A stretch of DNA of 64,000 nt, taken from positions 38,254,001 to 38,318,000 of the forward strand of contig OZ024758.1 of the NCBI GenBank assembly GCA_964016885.1. Direction: 5' to 3'. The position numbers were made by a program, and so were the translations under genes. The notes under the pieces are model-generated. The model was not told the DNA's origin, ran no database searches, and saw only the letters and a program-made list of their open reading frames with translations. The DNA comes from Eledone cirrhosa. Lineage: Eukaryota. Positions 12,950 to 27,100 of this stretch are shown here, piece after piece; the stretch's first letter is position 1, and every line of letters starts with the position of its first letter.

Positions 12950-14870
12950 ATTAGCTGTCAGAAGGAACTCCACTGTTGCTGAGAATTCATTTAAGTTCAT
13001 GGTATTAGCTGTCAGAAGTCACTCCACTGTTGGTGAGAATTCATTTAAGTTCATGGTACTAGCTGTCAGAAGTAACCCCAATGTTGGTGAGAATTCATTT
13101 AAGTTCATGGTATTAGCTGTCAGAAGTCACTCCAATGTTGGTGAGAATTCATTTAAGTTCATGGTATTAGCTGTCAGAAGTAACTCCACTGTTGGTGAGA
13201 ATTCATTTAAGTTCATGGTATTAGTTTGTCAGAAGTAACTCCACTGTTGGTGAGAATTCATTTAAGTCATGGTACTAGCTGTCAGAAGTAACTCCAATGT
13301 TGGTGAGAATTCATTTAAGTCATGGTATTAGCTGTCAGAAGTAACTCCAATGTTGGTGAGAATTCATTTAAGTTCATGGTATTAGCTGTCAGAAGTAACT
13401 CCACTGTTGGTGAGAATTCATTTAAGTTCATGGTATTAGCTGTCAGAAGTAACTCCACTGTTGGTGAGAATTCATTTAAGTTGATGGTACTAGCTGTCAG
13501 AAGTAACTCCACTGTTGGTGAGAATTCATTTAAGTTCATGGTATTAGTTTGTCAGAAGTAACTCCACTGTTGGTGAGAATTCATTTAAGTCATGGTATTA
13601 GTTGTCAGAAGTAACTCCAATGTTGGTGAGAATTCATTTAAGTTCATGGTATTAGCTGTCAGAAGGAACTCCACTGTTGGTGAGAATTCATTTAAGTCAT
13701 GGTACTAGCTGTCAGAAGTAACTCCACTGTTGGTGAGAATTCATTTAAGTTCATGGTATTAGCTGTCAGAAGGAACGCCACTGTTGGTGAGAATTCATTT
13801 AAGTTCATGGTATTAGCTGTCAGAAGTAACTCCACTGTTGGTGAGAATTCATTTAAGTTCATGGTACTAGCTGACAGAAGTAACTCCAATGTTGGTGAGA
13901 ATTCATTTAAGTTCATGGTATTAGCTGTCAGAAGGAACTCCACTGTTGCTGAGAATTCATTTAAGTTCATGGTATTAGCTGTCAGAAGTCACTCCACTGT
14001 TGGTGAGAATTCATTTAAGTTCATGGTACTAGCTGTCAGAAGTAACCCCAATGTTGGTGAGAATTCATTTAAGTTCATGGTATTAGCTGTCAGAAGTCAC
14101 TCCAATGTTGGTGAGAATTCATTTAAGTTCATGGTATTAGCTGTCAGAAGTAACTCCACTGTTGGTGAGAATTCATTTAAGTTCATGGTATTAGTTTGTC
14201 AGAAGTAACTCCACTATTGGTGAGAATTCATTTAAGTCATGGTACTAGCTGTCAGAAGTAACTCCAATGTTGGTGAGAATTCATTTAAGTCATGGTATTA
14301 GCTGTCAGAAGTAACTCCAATGTTGGTGAGAATTCATTTAAGTTCATGGTATTAGCTGTCAGAAGTAACTCCACTGTTGGTGAGAATTCATTTAAGTTCA
14401 TGGTATTAGCTGTCAGAAGTAACTCCACTGTTGGTGAGAATTCATTTAAGTTGATGGTACTAGCTGTCAGAAGTAACTCCACTGTTGGTGAGAATTCATT
14501 TAAGTTCATGGTATTAGTTTGTCAGAAGTAACTCCACTGTTGGTGAGAATTCATTTAAGTCATGGTATTAGTTGTCAGAAGTAACTCCAATGTTGGTGAG
14601 AATTCATTTAAGTTCATGGTATTAGCTGTCAGAAGGAACTCCACTGTTGGTGAGAATTCATTTAAGTCATGGTACTAGCTGTCAGAAGTAACTCCACTGT
14701 TGGTGAGAATTCATTTAAGTTCATGGTATTAGCTGTCAGAAGGAACGCCACTGTTGGTGAGAATTCATTTAAGTTCATGGTATTAGCTGTCAGAAGTAAC
14801 TCCACTGTTGGTGAGAATTCATTTAAGTTCATGGTACTAGCTGTCAGAAGTAACTCCAATGTTGGTGAGA
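12950..14870 (+). repeat. Tandem duplication of a 970-bp unit (18 monomers)
   Basis: ORF pairs 13322/14292 and 13699/14669 and ORF ends 13238/14208 are all offset by 970, with the same variant order in both copies. Confidence 0.8.
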
Positions 14871-14879
14871 ATTCATTTA

Positions 14880-17800
14880 AGTTCATGGTATTAGCTGTCA
14901 GAAGCAACTCCACTGTTGGTGAGAATTCATTTAAGTTCATGGTATTAGCTGTCAGAAGTAACTCCACTGTTGGTGAGAATTCATTTAAGTCATGGTATTA
15001 GCTGACAGAAGTAACTCCATTGTTGGTGATAATTCATTTAAGTCATGGTACTAGCTGTCAGAAGTAACTCCACTGTTGGTGAGAATTCATTTAAGTTCAT
15101 GGTATTAGCAGTCAGAAGTCACTCCACTGTTGGTGAGAATTCATTTAAGTTCATGGTACTAGCTGTCAGAAATAACCCCAATGTTGGTGAGAATTCATTT
15201 AAGTTCATGGTATTAGCTGTCAGAAGTCACTCCAATGTTGGTGAGAATTCATTTAAGTTCATGGTATTAGCTGTCAGAAGTAACTCCACTGTTGGTGAGA
15301 ATTCATTTAAGTTCATGGTATTAGTTTGTCAGAAGTAACTCCACTGTTGGTGAGAATTCATTTAAGTCATGGTATTAGTTGTCAGAAGTAACTCCAATGT
15401 TGGTGAGAATTCATTTAAGTTCATGGTACTAGCTGTCAGAAGTAACTCCAATGTTGGTGAGAATTCATTTAAGTTCATGGTATTAGCTGTCAGAAGGAAC
15501 TCCACTGTTGGTGAGAATTCATTTAAGTTCATGGTATTAGCTGTCAGAAGTAACTCCACTGTTGGTGAGAATTCATTTAATTCATGGTATTAGCTGTCAG
15601 AAGTAACTCCATTGTTGGTGAGAATTCATTTAAGTCATGGTACTAGCTGTCAGAAGTAACTCCAATGTTGGTGAGAATTCATTTAAGTCATGGTACTAGC
15701 TGTCAGAAGTAACTCCAATGTTGGTGAGAATTCATTTAAGTTCATGGTATTAGCTGTCAGAAGGAACTCCACTGTTGGTGAGAATTCATTTAAGTTCATG
15801 GTATTAGCTGTCAGAAGTAACTCCACTGTTGGTGAGAATTCATTTAAGTTCATGGTATTAGCAGTCAGAAGTAACTCCACTGTTGGTGAGAATTCATTTA
15901 AGTTCATGGTACTAGCTGTCAGAAGTAACTCCAATGTTGGTGAGAATTCATTTAAGTTCATGGTATTAGCTGTCAGAAGTAACTCCACTGTTGGTGAGAA
16001 TTCATTTAAGTCATGGTATTAGCTGTCAGAAGTAACTCCAATGTTGGTGAGAATTCATTTAAGTTCATGGTATTAGCTGTCAGAAGTAACTCCACTGTTG
16101 GTGAGAATTCATTTAAGTTCATGGTATTAGCTGTCAGAAGTAACTCCACTGTTGGTGAGAATTCATTTAAGTTCATGGTACTAGCTGTCAGAAGTAACTC
16201 CACTGTTGGTGAGAATTCATTTAAGTTCATGGTATTAGCTGTCAGACGTAACTCCACTGTTGGTGAGAATTCATTTAAGTTCATGTTATTAGCTGTCAGA
16301 AGCAACTCCACTGTTGGTGAGAATTCATTTAAGTTCATGGTATTAGCAGTCAGAAGTCACTCCACTGTTGGTGAGAATTCATTTAAGTTCATGGTACTAG
16401 CTGTCAGAAATAACCCCAATGTTGGTGAGAATTCATTTAAGTTCATGGTATTAGCTGTCAGAAGTCACTCCAATGTTGGTGAGAATTCATTTAAGTTCAT
16501 GGTATTAGCTGTCAGAAGTAACTCCACTGTCGGTGAGAATTCATTTAAGTTCATGGTATTAGTTTGTCAGAAGTAACTCCACTGTTGGTGAGAATTCATT
16601 AAATCATGGTATTAGTTGTCAGAAGTAACTCCAATGTTGGTGAGAATTCATTTAAGTTCATGGTACTAGCTGTCAGAAGTAACTCCAATGTTGGTGAGAA
16701 TTCATTTAAGTTCATGGTATTAGCTGTCAGAAGGAACTCCACTGTTGGTGAGAATTCATTTAAGTTCATGGTATTAGCTGTCAGAAGTAACTCCACTGTT
16801 GGTGAGAATTCATTTAATTCATGGTATTAGCTGTCAGAAGTAACTCCATTGTTGGTGAGAATTCATTTAAGTCATGGTACTAGCTGTCAGAAGTAACTCC
16901 AATGTTGGTGAGAATTCATTTAAGTCATGGTACTAGCTGTCAGAAGTAACTCCAATGTTGGTGAGAATTCATTTAAGTTCATGGTATTAGCTGTCAGAAG
17001 GAACTCCACTGTTGGTGAGAATTCATTTAAGTTCATGGTATTAGCTGTCAGAAGTAACTCCACTGTTGGTGAAAATTCATTTAAGTTCATGGTATTAGCA
17101 GTCAGAAGTAACTCCACTGTTGGTGAGAATTCATTTAAGTTCATGGTACTAGCTGTCAGAAGTAACTCCAATGTTGGTGAGAATTCATTTAAGTTCATGG
17201 TATTAGCTGTCAGAAGTAACTCCACTGTTGGTGAGAATTCATTTAAGTTCATGGTATTAGCTGTCAGAAGTAACTCCACTGTTGGTGAGAATTCATTTAA
17301 GTTCATGGTACTAGCTGTCAGAAGTAACTCCACTGTTGGTGAGAATTCATTTAAGTTCATGGTATTAGTTTGTCAGAAGTAACTCCACTGTTGGTGAGAA
17401 TTCATTTAAGTCATGGTATTAGTTGTCAGAAGTAACTCCAATGTTGGTGAGAATTCATTTAGGTTCATGGTACTAGCTGTCAGAAGTAACTCCAATGTTG
17501 GTGAGAATTCATTTAAGTCATGGTACTAGCTGTCAGAAGTAACTCCAATGTTGGTGAGAATTCATTTAAGTACATGGTATTAGCTATCAGAAGTAACTCC
17601 ACTGTTGGTGAGAATTCATTTAAGTTCATGGTATTAGCTGTCAGAAGTAACTCCACTGTTGGTGAGAATTCATTTAAGTCATGGTATTAGCTGTCAGAAG
17701 TAACTCCAATGTTGGTGAGAATTCATTTAAGTTCATGGTATTAGCTGTCAGAAGTCACTCCACTGTTGGTGAGAACTCATTTAAGTTCATGGTACTAGCT

Positions 17801-20800
17801 GTCAGAAGTAACACCAATGTGGGTGAGAATTCATTTAAGTTCATGGTATTAGCTGTCAGAAGTCACTCCAATGTTGGTGAGAATTCATTTAAGTTCATGG
17901 TATTAGCTGTCAGAAGTAACTCCACTGTTGGTGAGAATTCATTTAATTTCATGGTACTAGCTGTCAGAAGTAACTCCAATGTTGGTGAGAATTCATTTAA
18001 GTTCATGGTATTAGCTGTCAGAAGCAACTCCACTGTTGGTGAGAATTCATTTAAGTTCATGGTATTAGCTGTCAGAAGTAACTCCACTGTTGGTGAGAAT
18101 TCATTTAAGTCATGGTATTAGCTGACAGAAGTAACTCCATTGTTGGTGAGAATTCATTTAAGTCATGGTACTAGCTGTCAGAAGTAACTCCACTGTTGGT
18201 GAGAATTCATTTAAGTTCATGGTATTAGCAGTCAGAAGTCACTCCACTGTTGGTGAGAATTCATTTAAGTTCATGGTACTAGCTGTCAGAAATAACCCCA
18301 ATGTTGGTGAGAATTCATTTAAGTTCATGGTATTAGCTGTCAGAAGTCACTCCAATGTTGGTGAGAATTCATTTAAGTTCATGGTATTAGCTGTCAGAAG
18401 TAACTCCACTGTTGGTGAGAATTCATTTAAGTTCATGGTATTAGTTTGTCAGAAGTAACTCCACCGTTGGTGAGAATTCATTTAAGTCATGGTATTAGTT
18501 GTCAGAAGTAACTCCAATGTTGGTGAGAATTCATTTAAGTTCATGGTACTAGCTGTCAGAAGTAACTCCAATGTTGGTGAGAATTCATTTAAGTTCATGG
18601 TATTAGCTGTGAGAAGGAACTCCACTGTTGGTGAGAATTCATTTAAGTTCATGGTATTAGCTGTCAGAAGTAACTCCACTGTTGGTGAGAATTCATTTAA
18701 TTCATGGTATTAGCTGTCAGAAGTAACTCCATTGTTGGTGAGAATTCATTTAAGTCATGGTACTAGCTGTCAGAAGTAACTCCAATGTTGGTGAGAATTC
18801 ATTTAAGTCATGGTACTAGCTGTCAGAAGTAACTCCAATGTTGGTGAGAATTCATTTAAGTTCATGGTATTAGCTGTCAGAAGGAACTCCACTGTTGGTG
18901 AGAATTCATTTAAGTTCATGGTATTAGCTGTCAGAAGTAACTCCACTGTTGGTGAGAATTCATTTAAGTTCATGGTATTAGCAGTCAGAAGTAACTCCAC
19001 TGTTGGTGAGAATTCATTTAAGTTCATGGTACTAGCTGTCAGAAGTAACTCCAATGTTGGTGAGAATTCATTTAAGTTCATGGTATTAGCTGTCAGAAGT
19101 AACTCCACTGTTGGTGAGAATTCATTTAAGTCATGGTATTAGCTGTCAGAAGTAACTCCAATGTTGGTGAGAATTCATTTAAGTTCATGGTATTAGCTGT
19201 CAGAAGTAACTCCACTGTTGGTGAGAATTCATTTAAGTTCATGGTACTAGCTGTCAGAAGTAACTCCAATGTTGGTGAGAATTCATTTAAGTTCATGGTA
19301 TTAGCTGTCAGAAGTAACTCCACTGTTGGTGAGAATTCATTTAAGTCATGGTATTAGCTGTCAGAAGTAACTCCAATGTTGGTGAGAATTCATTTAAGTT
19401 CATGGTATTAGCTGTCAGAAGTAACTCCACTGTTGGTGAGAATTCATTTAAGTTCATGGTATTAGCTGTCAGAAGTAACTCCACTGTTGGTGAGAATTCA
19501 TTTAAGTTCATGGTACTAGCTGTCAGAAGTAACTCCACTGTTGGTGAGAATTCATTTAAGTTCATGGTATTAGCTGTCAGACGTAACTCCACTGTTGGTG
19601 AGAATTCATTTAAGTTCATGTTATTAGCTGTCAGAAGCAACTCCACTGTTGGTGAGAATTCATTTAAGTTCATGGTATTAGCTGTCAGAAGTAACTCCAC
19701 TGTTGGTGAGAATTCATTTAAGTCATGGTATTAGCTGACAGAAGTAACTCCATTGTTGGTGAGAATTCATTTAAGTCATGGTACTAGCTGTCAGAAGTAA
19801 CTCCACTGTTGGTGAGAATTCATTTAAGTTCATGGTATTAGCAGTCAGAAGTCACTCCACTGTTGGTGAGAATTCATTTAAGTTCATGGTACTAGCTGTC
19901 AGAAATAACCCCAATGTTGGTGAGAATTCATTTAAGTTCATGGTATTAGCTGTCAGAAGTCACTCCAATGTTGGTGAGAATTCATTTAAGTTCATGGTAT
20001 TAGCTGTCAGAAGTAACTCCACTGTCGGTGAGAATTCATTTAAGTTCATGGTATTAGTTTGTCAGAAGTAACTCCACTGTTGGTGAGAATTCATTAAATC
20101 ATGGTATTAGTTGTCAGAAGTAACTCCAATGTTGGTGAGAATTCATTTAAGTTCATGGTACTAGCTGTCAGAAGTAACTCCAATGTTGGTGAGAATTCAT
20201 TTAAGTTCATGGTATTAGCTGTCAGAAGGAACTCCACTGTTGGTGAGAATTCATTTAAGTTCATGGTATTAGCTGTCAGAAGTAACTCCACTGTTGGTGA
20301 GAATTCATTTAATTCATGGTATTAGCTGTCAGAAGTAACTCCATTGTTGGTGAGAATTCATTTAAGTCATGGTACTAGCTGTCAGAAGTAACTCCAATGT
20401 TGGTGAGAATTCATTTAAGTTCATGGTATTAGCTGTCAGAAGGAACTCCACTGTTGGTGAGAATTCATTTAAGTTCATGGTATTAGCTGTCAGAAGTAAC
20501 TCCACTGTTGGTGAAAATTCATTTAAGTTCATGGTATTAGCAGTCAGAAGTAACTCCACTGTTGGTGAGAATTCATTTAAGTTCATGGTACTAGCTGTCA
20601 GAAGTAACTCCAATGTTGGTGAGAATTCATTTAAGTTCATGGTATTAGCTGTCAGAAGTAACTCCACTGTTGGTGAGAATTCATTTAAGTTCATGGTATT
20701 AGCTGTCAGAAGTAACTCCACTGTTGGTGAGAATTCATTTAAGTTCATGGTACTAGCTGTCAGAAGTAACTCCACTGTTGGTGAGAATTCATTTAAGTTC

Positions 20801-23800
20801 ATGGTATTAGTTTGTCAGAAGTAACTCCACTGTTGGTGAGAATTCATTTAAGTCATGGTATTAGTTGTCAGAAGTAACTCCACTGTTGGTGAGAATTCAT
20901 TTAAGTCATGGTATTAGTTGTCAGAAGTAACTCCAATGTTGGTGAGAATTCATTTAGGTTCATGGTACTAGCTGTCAGAAGTAACTCCAATGTTGGTGAG
21001 AATTCATTTAAGTCATGGTACTAGCTGTCAGAAGTAACTCCAATGTTGGTGAGAATTCATTTAAGTACATGGTATTAGCTATCAGAAGTAACTCCACTGT
21101 TGGTGAGAATTCATTTAAGTTCATGGTATTAGCTGTCAGAAGTAACTCCACTGTTGGTGAGAATTCATTTAAGTCATGGTATTAGCTGTCAGAAGTAACT
21201 CCAATGTTGGTGAGAATTCATTTAAGTTCATGGTATTAGCTGTCAGAAGTCACTCCACTGTTGGTGAGAACTCATTTAAGTTCATGGTACTAGCTGTCAG
21301 AAGTAACACCAATGTGGGTGAGAATTCATTTAAGTTCATGGTATTAGCTGTCAGAAGTCACTCCAATGTTGGTGAGAATTCATTTAAGTTCATGGTATTA
21401 GCTGTCAGAAGTAACTCCACTGTTGGTGAGAATTCATTTAATTTCATGGTACTAGCTGTCAGAAGTAACTCCAATGTTGGTGAGAATTCATTTAAGTTCA
21501 TGGTATTAGCTGTCAGAAGCAACTCCACTGTTGGTGAGAATTCATTTAAGTTCATGGTATTAGCTGTCAGAAGTAACTCCACTGTTGGTGAGAATTCATT
21601 TAAGTCATGGTATTAGCTGACAGAAGTAACTCCATTGTTGGTGAGAATTCATTTAAGTCATGGTACTAGCTGTCAGAATTAACTCCACTGTTGGTAAGAA
21701 TTCATTTAAGTTCATGGTATTAGCAGTCAGAAGTCACTCCACTGTTGGTGAGAATTCATTTAAGTTCATGGTACTAGCTGTCAGAAATAACCCCAATGTT
21801 GGTGAGAATTCATTTAAGTTCATGGTATTAGCTGTCAGAAGTCACTCCAATGTTGGTGAGAATTCATTTAAGTTCATGGTATTAGCTGTCAGAAGTAACT
21901 CCACTGTTGGTGAGAATTCATTTAAGTTCATGGTATTAGTTTGTCAGAAGTAACTCCACCGTTGGTGAGAATTCATTTAAGTCATGGTATTAGTTGTCAG
22001 AAGTAACTCCAATGTTGGTGAGAATTCATTTAAGTTCATGGTACTAGCTGTCAGAAGTAACTCCAATGTTGGTGAGAATTCATTTAAGTTCATGGTATTA
22101 GCTGTCAGAAGGAACTCCACTGTTGGTGAGAATTCATTTAAGTTTTCATGGTATTAGCTGTCAGAAGTAACTCCACTGTTGGTGAGAATTCATTTAATTC
22201 ATGGTATTAGCTGTCAGAAGTAACTCCATTGTTGGTGAGAATTCATTTAAGTCATGGTACTAGCTGTCAGAAGTAACTCCAATGTTGGTGAGAATTCATT
22301 TAAGTCATGGTACTAGCTGTCAGAAGTAACTCCAATGTTGGTGAGAATTCATTTAAGTTCATGGTATTAGCTGTCAGAAGGAACTCCACTGTTGGTGAGA
22401 ATTCATTTAAGTTCATGGTATTAGCTGTCAGAAGTAACTCCACTGTTGGTGAGAATTCATTTAAGTTCATGGTATTAGCAGTCAGAAGTAACTCCACTGT
22501 TGGTGAGAATTCATTTAAGTTCATGGTACTAGCTGTCAGAAGTAACTCCAATGTTGGTGAGAATTCATTTAAGTTCATGGTATTAGCTGTCAGAAGTAAC
22601 TCCACTGTTGGTGAGAATTCATTTAAGTCATGGTATTAGCTGTCAGAAGTAACTCCAATGTTGGTGAGAATTCATTTAAGTTCATGGTATTAGCTGTCAG
22701 AAGTAACTCCACTGTTGGTGAGAATTCATTTAAGTTCATGGTATTAGCTGTCAGAAGTAACTCCACTGTTGGTGAGAATTCATTTAAGTTCATGGTACTA
22801 GCTGTCAGAAGTAACTCCAATGTTGGTGAGAATTCATTTAAGTTCATGGTATTAGCTGTCAGAAGCAACTCCACTGTTGGTGAGAATTCATTTAAGTTCA
22901 TGGTATTAGCTGTCAGAAGTAACTCCACTGTTGGTGAGAATTCATTTAAGTCATGGTATTAGCTGACAGAAGTAACTCCATTGTTGGTGAGAATTCATTT
23001 AAGTCATGGTACTAGCTGTCAGAAGTAACTCCACTGTTGGTGAGAATTCATTTCAGTTCATGGTATTAGCAGTCAGAAGTCACTCCACTGTTGGTGAGAA
23101 TTCATTTAAGTTCATAGTACTAGCTGTCAGAAATAACCCCAATGTTGGTGAGAATTTATTTAAGTTCATGGTATTAGCTGTCAGAAGTCACTCCAATGTT
23201 GGTGAGAATTCATTTAAGTTCATGGTATTAGCTGTCAGAAGTAACTCCACTGTTGGTGAGAATTCATTTAAGTTCATGGTATTAGTTTGTCAGAAGTAAC
23301 TCCACTGTTGGTGAGAATTCATTTAAGTCATGGTATTAGTTGTCAGAAGTAACTCCAATGTTGGTGAGAATTCATTTAAGTTCATGGTACTAGCTGTCAG
23401 AAGCAACTCCACTGTTGGTGAGAATTCATTTAAGTTCATGGTATTAGCTGTCAGAAGTAACTCCACTGTTGGTGAGAATTCATTTAAGTCATGGTATTAG
23501 CTGACAGAAGTAACTCCATTGTTGGTGAGAATTCATTTAAGTCATGGTACTAGCTGTCAGAAGTAACTCCACTGTTGGTGAGAATTCATTTAAGTTCATG
23601 GTATTAGCAGTCAGAAGTCACTCCACTGTTGGTGAGAATTCATTTAAGTTCATGGTACTAGCTGTCAGAAATAACCCCAATGTTGGTGAGAATTCATTTA
23701 AGTTCATGGTATTAGCTGTCAGAAGTAACTCCACTGTTGGTGAGAATTCATTTAAGTTCATGGTATTAGCTGTCAGAAGTAACTCCACTGTTGGTGAGAA

Positions 23801-26800
23801 TTCATTTAAGTTCATGGTATTAGCTGTCAGAAGTAACTCCACTGTTGGTGAGAATTCATTTAAGTTCATGGTATTAGCTGTCAGAAGGAACTCCACTGTT
23901 GGTGAGAATTCATTTAAGTTCATGGTATTAGCTGTCAGAAGTAACTCCACTGTTGGTGAGAATTCATTTAATTCATGGTATTAGCTGTCAGAAGTAACTC
24001 CATTGTTGGTGAGAATTCATTTAAGTCATGGTACTAGCTGTCAGAAGTAACTCCAATGTTGGTGAGAATTCATTTAAGTCATGGTACTAGCTGTCAGAAG
24101 TAACTCCAATGTTGGTGAGAATTCATTTAAGTTCATGGTATTAGCTGTCAGAAGGAACTCCACTGTTGGTGAGAATTCATTTAAGTTCATGGTATTAGCT
24201 GTCAGAAGTAACTCCACTGTTGGTGAGAATTCATTTAAGTTCATGGTATTAGCAGTCAGAAGTAACTCCACTGTTGGTGAGAATTCATTTAAGTTCATGG
24301 TACTAGCTGTCAGAAGTAACTCCAATGTTGGTGAGAATTCATTTAAGTTCATGGTATTAGCTGTCAGAAGTAACTCCACTTTTGGTGAGAATTCATTTAA
24401 GTCATGGTATTAGCTGTCAGAAGTAACTCCAATGTTGGTGAGAATTCATTTAAGTTCATGGTATTAGCTGTCAGAAGTAACTCCACTGTTGGTGAGAATT
24501 CATTTAAGTTCACGGTATTAGCTGTCAGAAGTAACTCCACTGTTGGTGAGAATTCATTTAAGTTAATGGTACTAGCTGTCAGAAGTAACTCCACTGTTGG
24601 TGAGAATTCATTTAAGTTCATGGTATTAGTTTGTCAGAAGTAACTCCACTGTTGGTGAGAATTCATTTAAGTCATGGTATTAGTTGTCAGAAGTAACTCC
24701 AATGTTGGTGAGAATTCATTTAGGTTCATGGTACTAGCTGTCAGAAGTAACTCCAATGTTGGTGAGAATTCATTTAAGTCATGGTACTAGCTGTCAGAAG
24801 TAACTCCAATGTTGGTGAGAATTCATTTAAGTACATGGTATTAGCTATCAGAAGTAACTCCACTGTTGGTGAGAATTCATTTAAGTTCATGGTATTAGCT
24901 GTCAGAAGTAACTCCACTGTTGGTGAGAATTCATTTAAGTCATGGTATTAGCTGTCAGAAGTAACTCCAATGTTGGTGAGAATTCATTTAAGTTCATGGT
25001 ATTAGCTGTCAGAAGTCACTCCACTGTTGGTGAGAACTCATTTAAGTTCATGGTACTAGCTGTCAGAATTAACACCAATGTGGGTGAGAATTCATTTAAG
25101 TTCATGGTATTAGCTGTCAGAAGTCACTCCAATGTTGGTGAGAATTCATTTAAGTTCATGGTATTAGCTGTCAGAAGTAACTCCACTGTTGGTGAGAATT
25201 CATTTAATTTCATGGTACTAGCTGTCAGAAGTAACTCCAATGTTGGTGAGAATTCATTTAAGTTCATGGTATTAGCTGTCAGAAGCAACTCCACTGTTGG
25301 TGAGAATTCATTTAAGTTCATGGTATTAGCTGTCAGAAGTAACTCCACTGTTGGTGAGAATTCATTTAAGTCATGGTATTAGCTGACAGAAGTAACTCCA
25401 TTGTTGGTGAGAATTCATTTAAGTCATGGTACTAGCTGTCAGAAGTAACTCCACTGTTGGTGAGAATTCATTTAAGTTCATGGTATTAGCAGTCAGAAGT
25501 CACTCCACTGTTGGTGAGAATTCATTTAAGTTCATGGTACTAGCTGTCAGAAATAACCCCAATGTTGGTGAGAATTCATTTAAGTTCATGGTATTAGCTG
25601 TCAGAAGTCACTCCAATGTTGGTGAGAATTCATTTAAGTTCATGGTATTAGCTGTCAGAAGTAACTCCACTGTTGGTGAGAATTCATTTAAGTTCATGGT
25701 ATTAGTTTGTCAGAAGTAACTCCACCGTTGGTGAGAATTCATTTAAGTCATGGTATTAGTTGTCAGAAGTAACTCCAATGTTGGTGAGAATTCATTTAAG
25801 TTCATGGTACTAGCTGTCAGAAGTAACTCCAATGTTGGTGAGAATTCATTTAAGTTCATGGTATTAGCTGTCAGAAGGAACTCCACTGTTGGTGAGAATT
25901 CATTTAAGTTCATGGTATTAGCTGTCAGAAGTAACTCCACTGTTGGTGAGAATTCATTTAATTCATGGTATTAGCTGTCAGAAGTAACTCCATTGTTGGT
26001 GAGAATTCATTTAAGTCATGGTACTAGCTGTCAGAAGTAACTCCAATGTTGGTGAGAATTCATTTAAGTCATGGTACTAGCTGTCAGAAGTAACTCCAAT
26101 GTTGGTGAGAATTCATTTAAGTTCATGGTATTAGCTGTCAGAAGGAACTCCACTGTTGGTGAGAATTCATTTAAGTTCATGGTATTAGCTGTCAGAAGTA
26201 ACTCCACTGTTGGTGAGAATTCATTTAAGTTCATGGTATTAGCAGTCAGAAGTAACTCCACTGTTGGTGAGAATTCATTTAAGTTCATGGTACTAGCTGT
26301 CAGAAGTAACTCCAATGTTGGTGAGAATTCATTTAAGTTCATGGTATTAGCTGTCAGAAGTAACTCCACTGTTGGTGAGAATTCATTTAAGTCATGGTAT
26401 TAGCTGTCAGAAGTAACTCCAATGTTGGTGAGAATTCATTTAAGTTCATGGTATTAGCTGTCAGAAGTAACTCCACTGTTGGTGAGAATTCATTTAAGTT
26501 CATGGTATTAGCTGTCAGAAGTAACTCCACTGTTGGTGAGAATTCATTTAAGTTCATGGTACTAGCTGTCAGAAGTAACTCCAATGTTGGTGAGAATTCA
26601 TTTAAGTTCATGGTATTAGCTGTCAGAAGCAACTCCACTGTTGGTGAGAATTCATTTAAGTTCATGGTATTAGCTGTCAGAAGTAACTCCACTGTTGGTG
26701 AGAATTCATTTAAGTCATGGTATTAGCTGACAGAAGTAACTCCATTGTTGGTGAGAATTCATTTAAGTCATGGTACTAGCTGTCAGAAGTAACTCCACTG

Positions 26801-27100
26801 TTGGTGAGAATTCATTTCAGTTCATGGTATTAGCAGTCAGAAGTCACTCCACTGTTGGTGAGAATTCATTTAAGTTCATGGTACTAGCTGTCAGAAATAA
26901 CCCCAATGTTGGTGAGAATTCATTTAAGTTCATGGTATTAGCTGTCAGAAGTCACTCCAATGTTGGTGAGAATTCATTTAAGTTCATGGTATTAGCTGTC
27001 AGAAGTAACTCCACTGTTGGTGAGAATTCATTTAAGTTCATGGTATTAGTTTGTCAGAAGTAACTCCACTGTTGGTGAGAATTCATTTAAGTTCATGGTA
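14880..27100 (+). repeat. Satellite domain B (variant-defined), with 3.1-3.8 kb imperfect higher-order copies
   Basis: Diagnostic variants are GCTGACAG+CCATTG (~15001, 18121, 19735, 21615, 22962, 23500, 25382, 26726), AGAAGCAAC, AGAAATAACCCC and AATGTGGGTG (~17816, 21311, 25077). Offsets are 3120 (15045/18165), 3495 (17681/21176) and 3764-3766 (21176/24942, 22630/26394). Confidence 0.78.

Larger units (their letters stand above)
1..14880 (+). repeat. Satellite domain A (variant-defined)
   Basis: Rich in GGAACGCC, GTTGCTGAG, GAATTAATTT, AAGTTGATGG, AGTCAC, GAGAACTC+AACACC, ATTAACTG and AGAGGTAAC variants. Boundaries are approximate. Confidence 0.75.
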
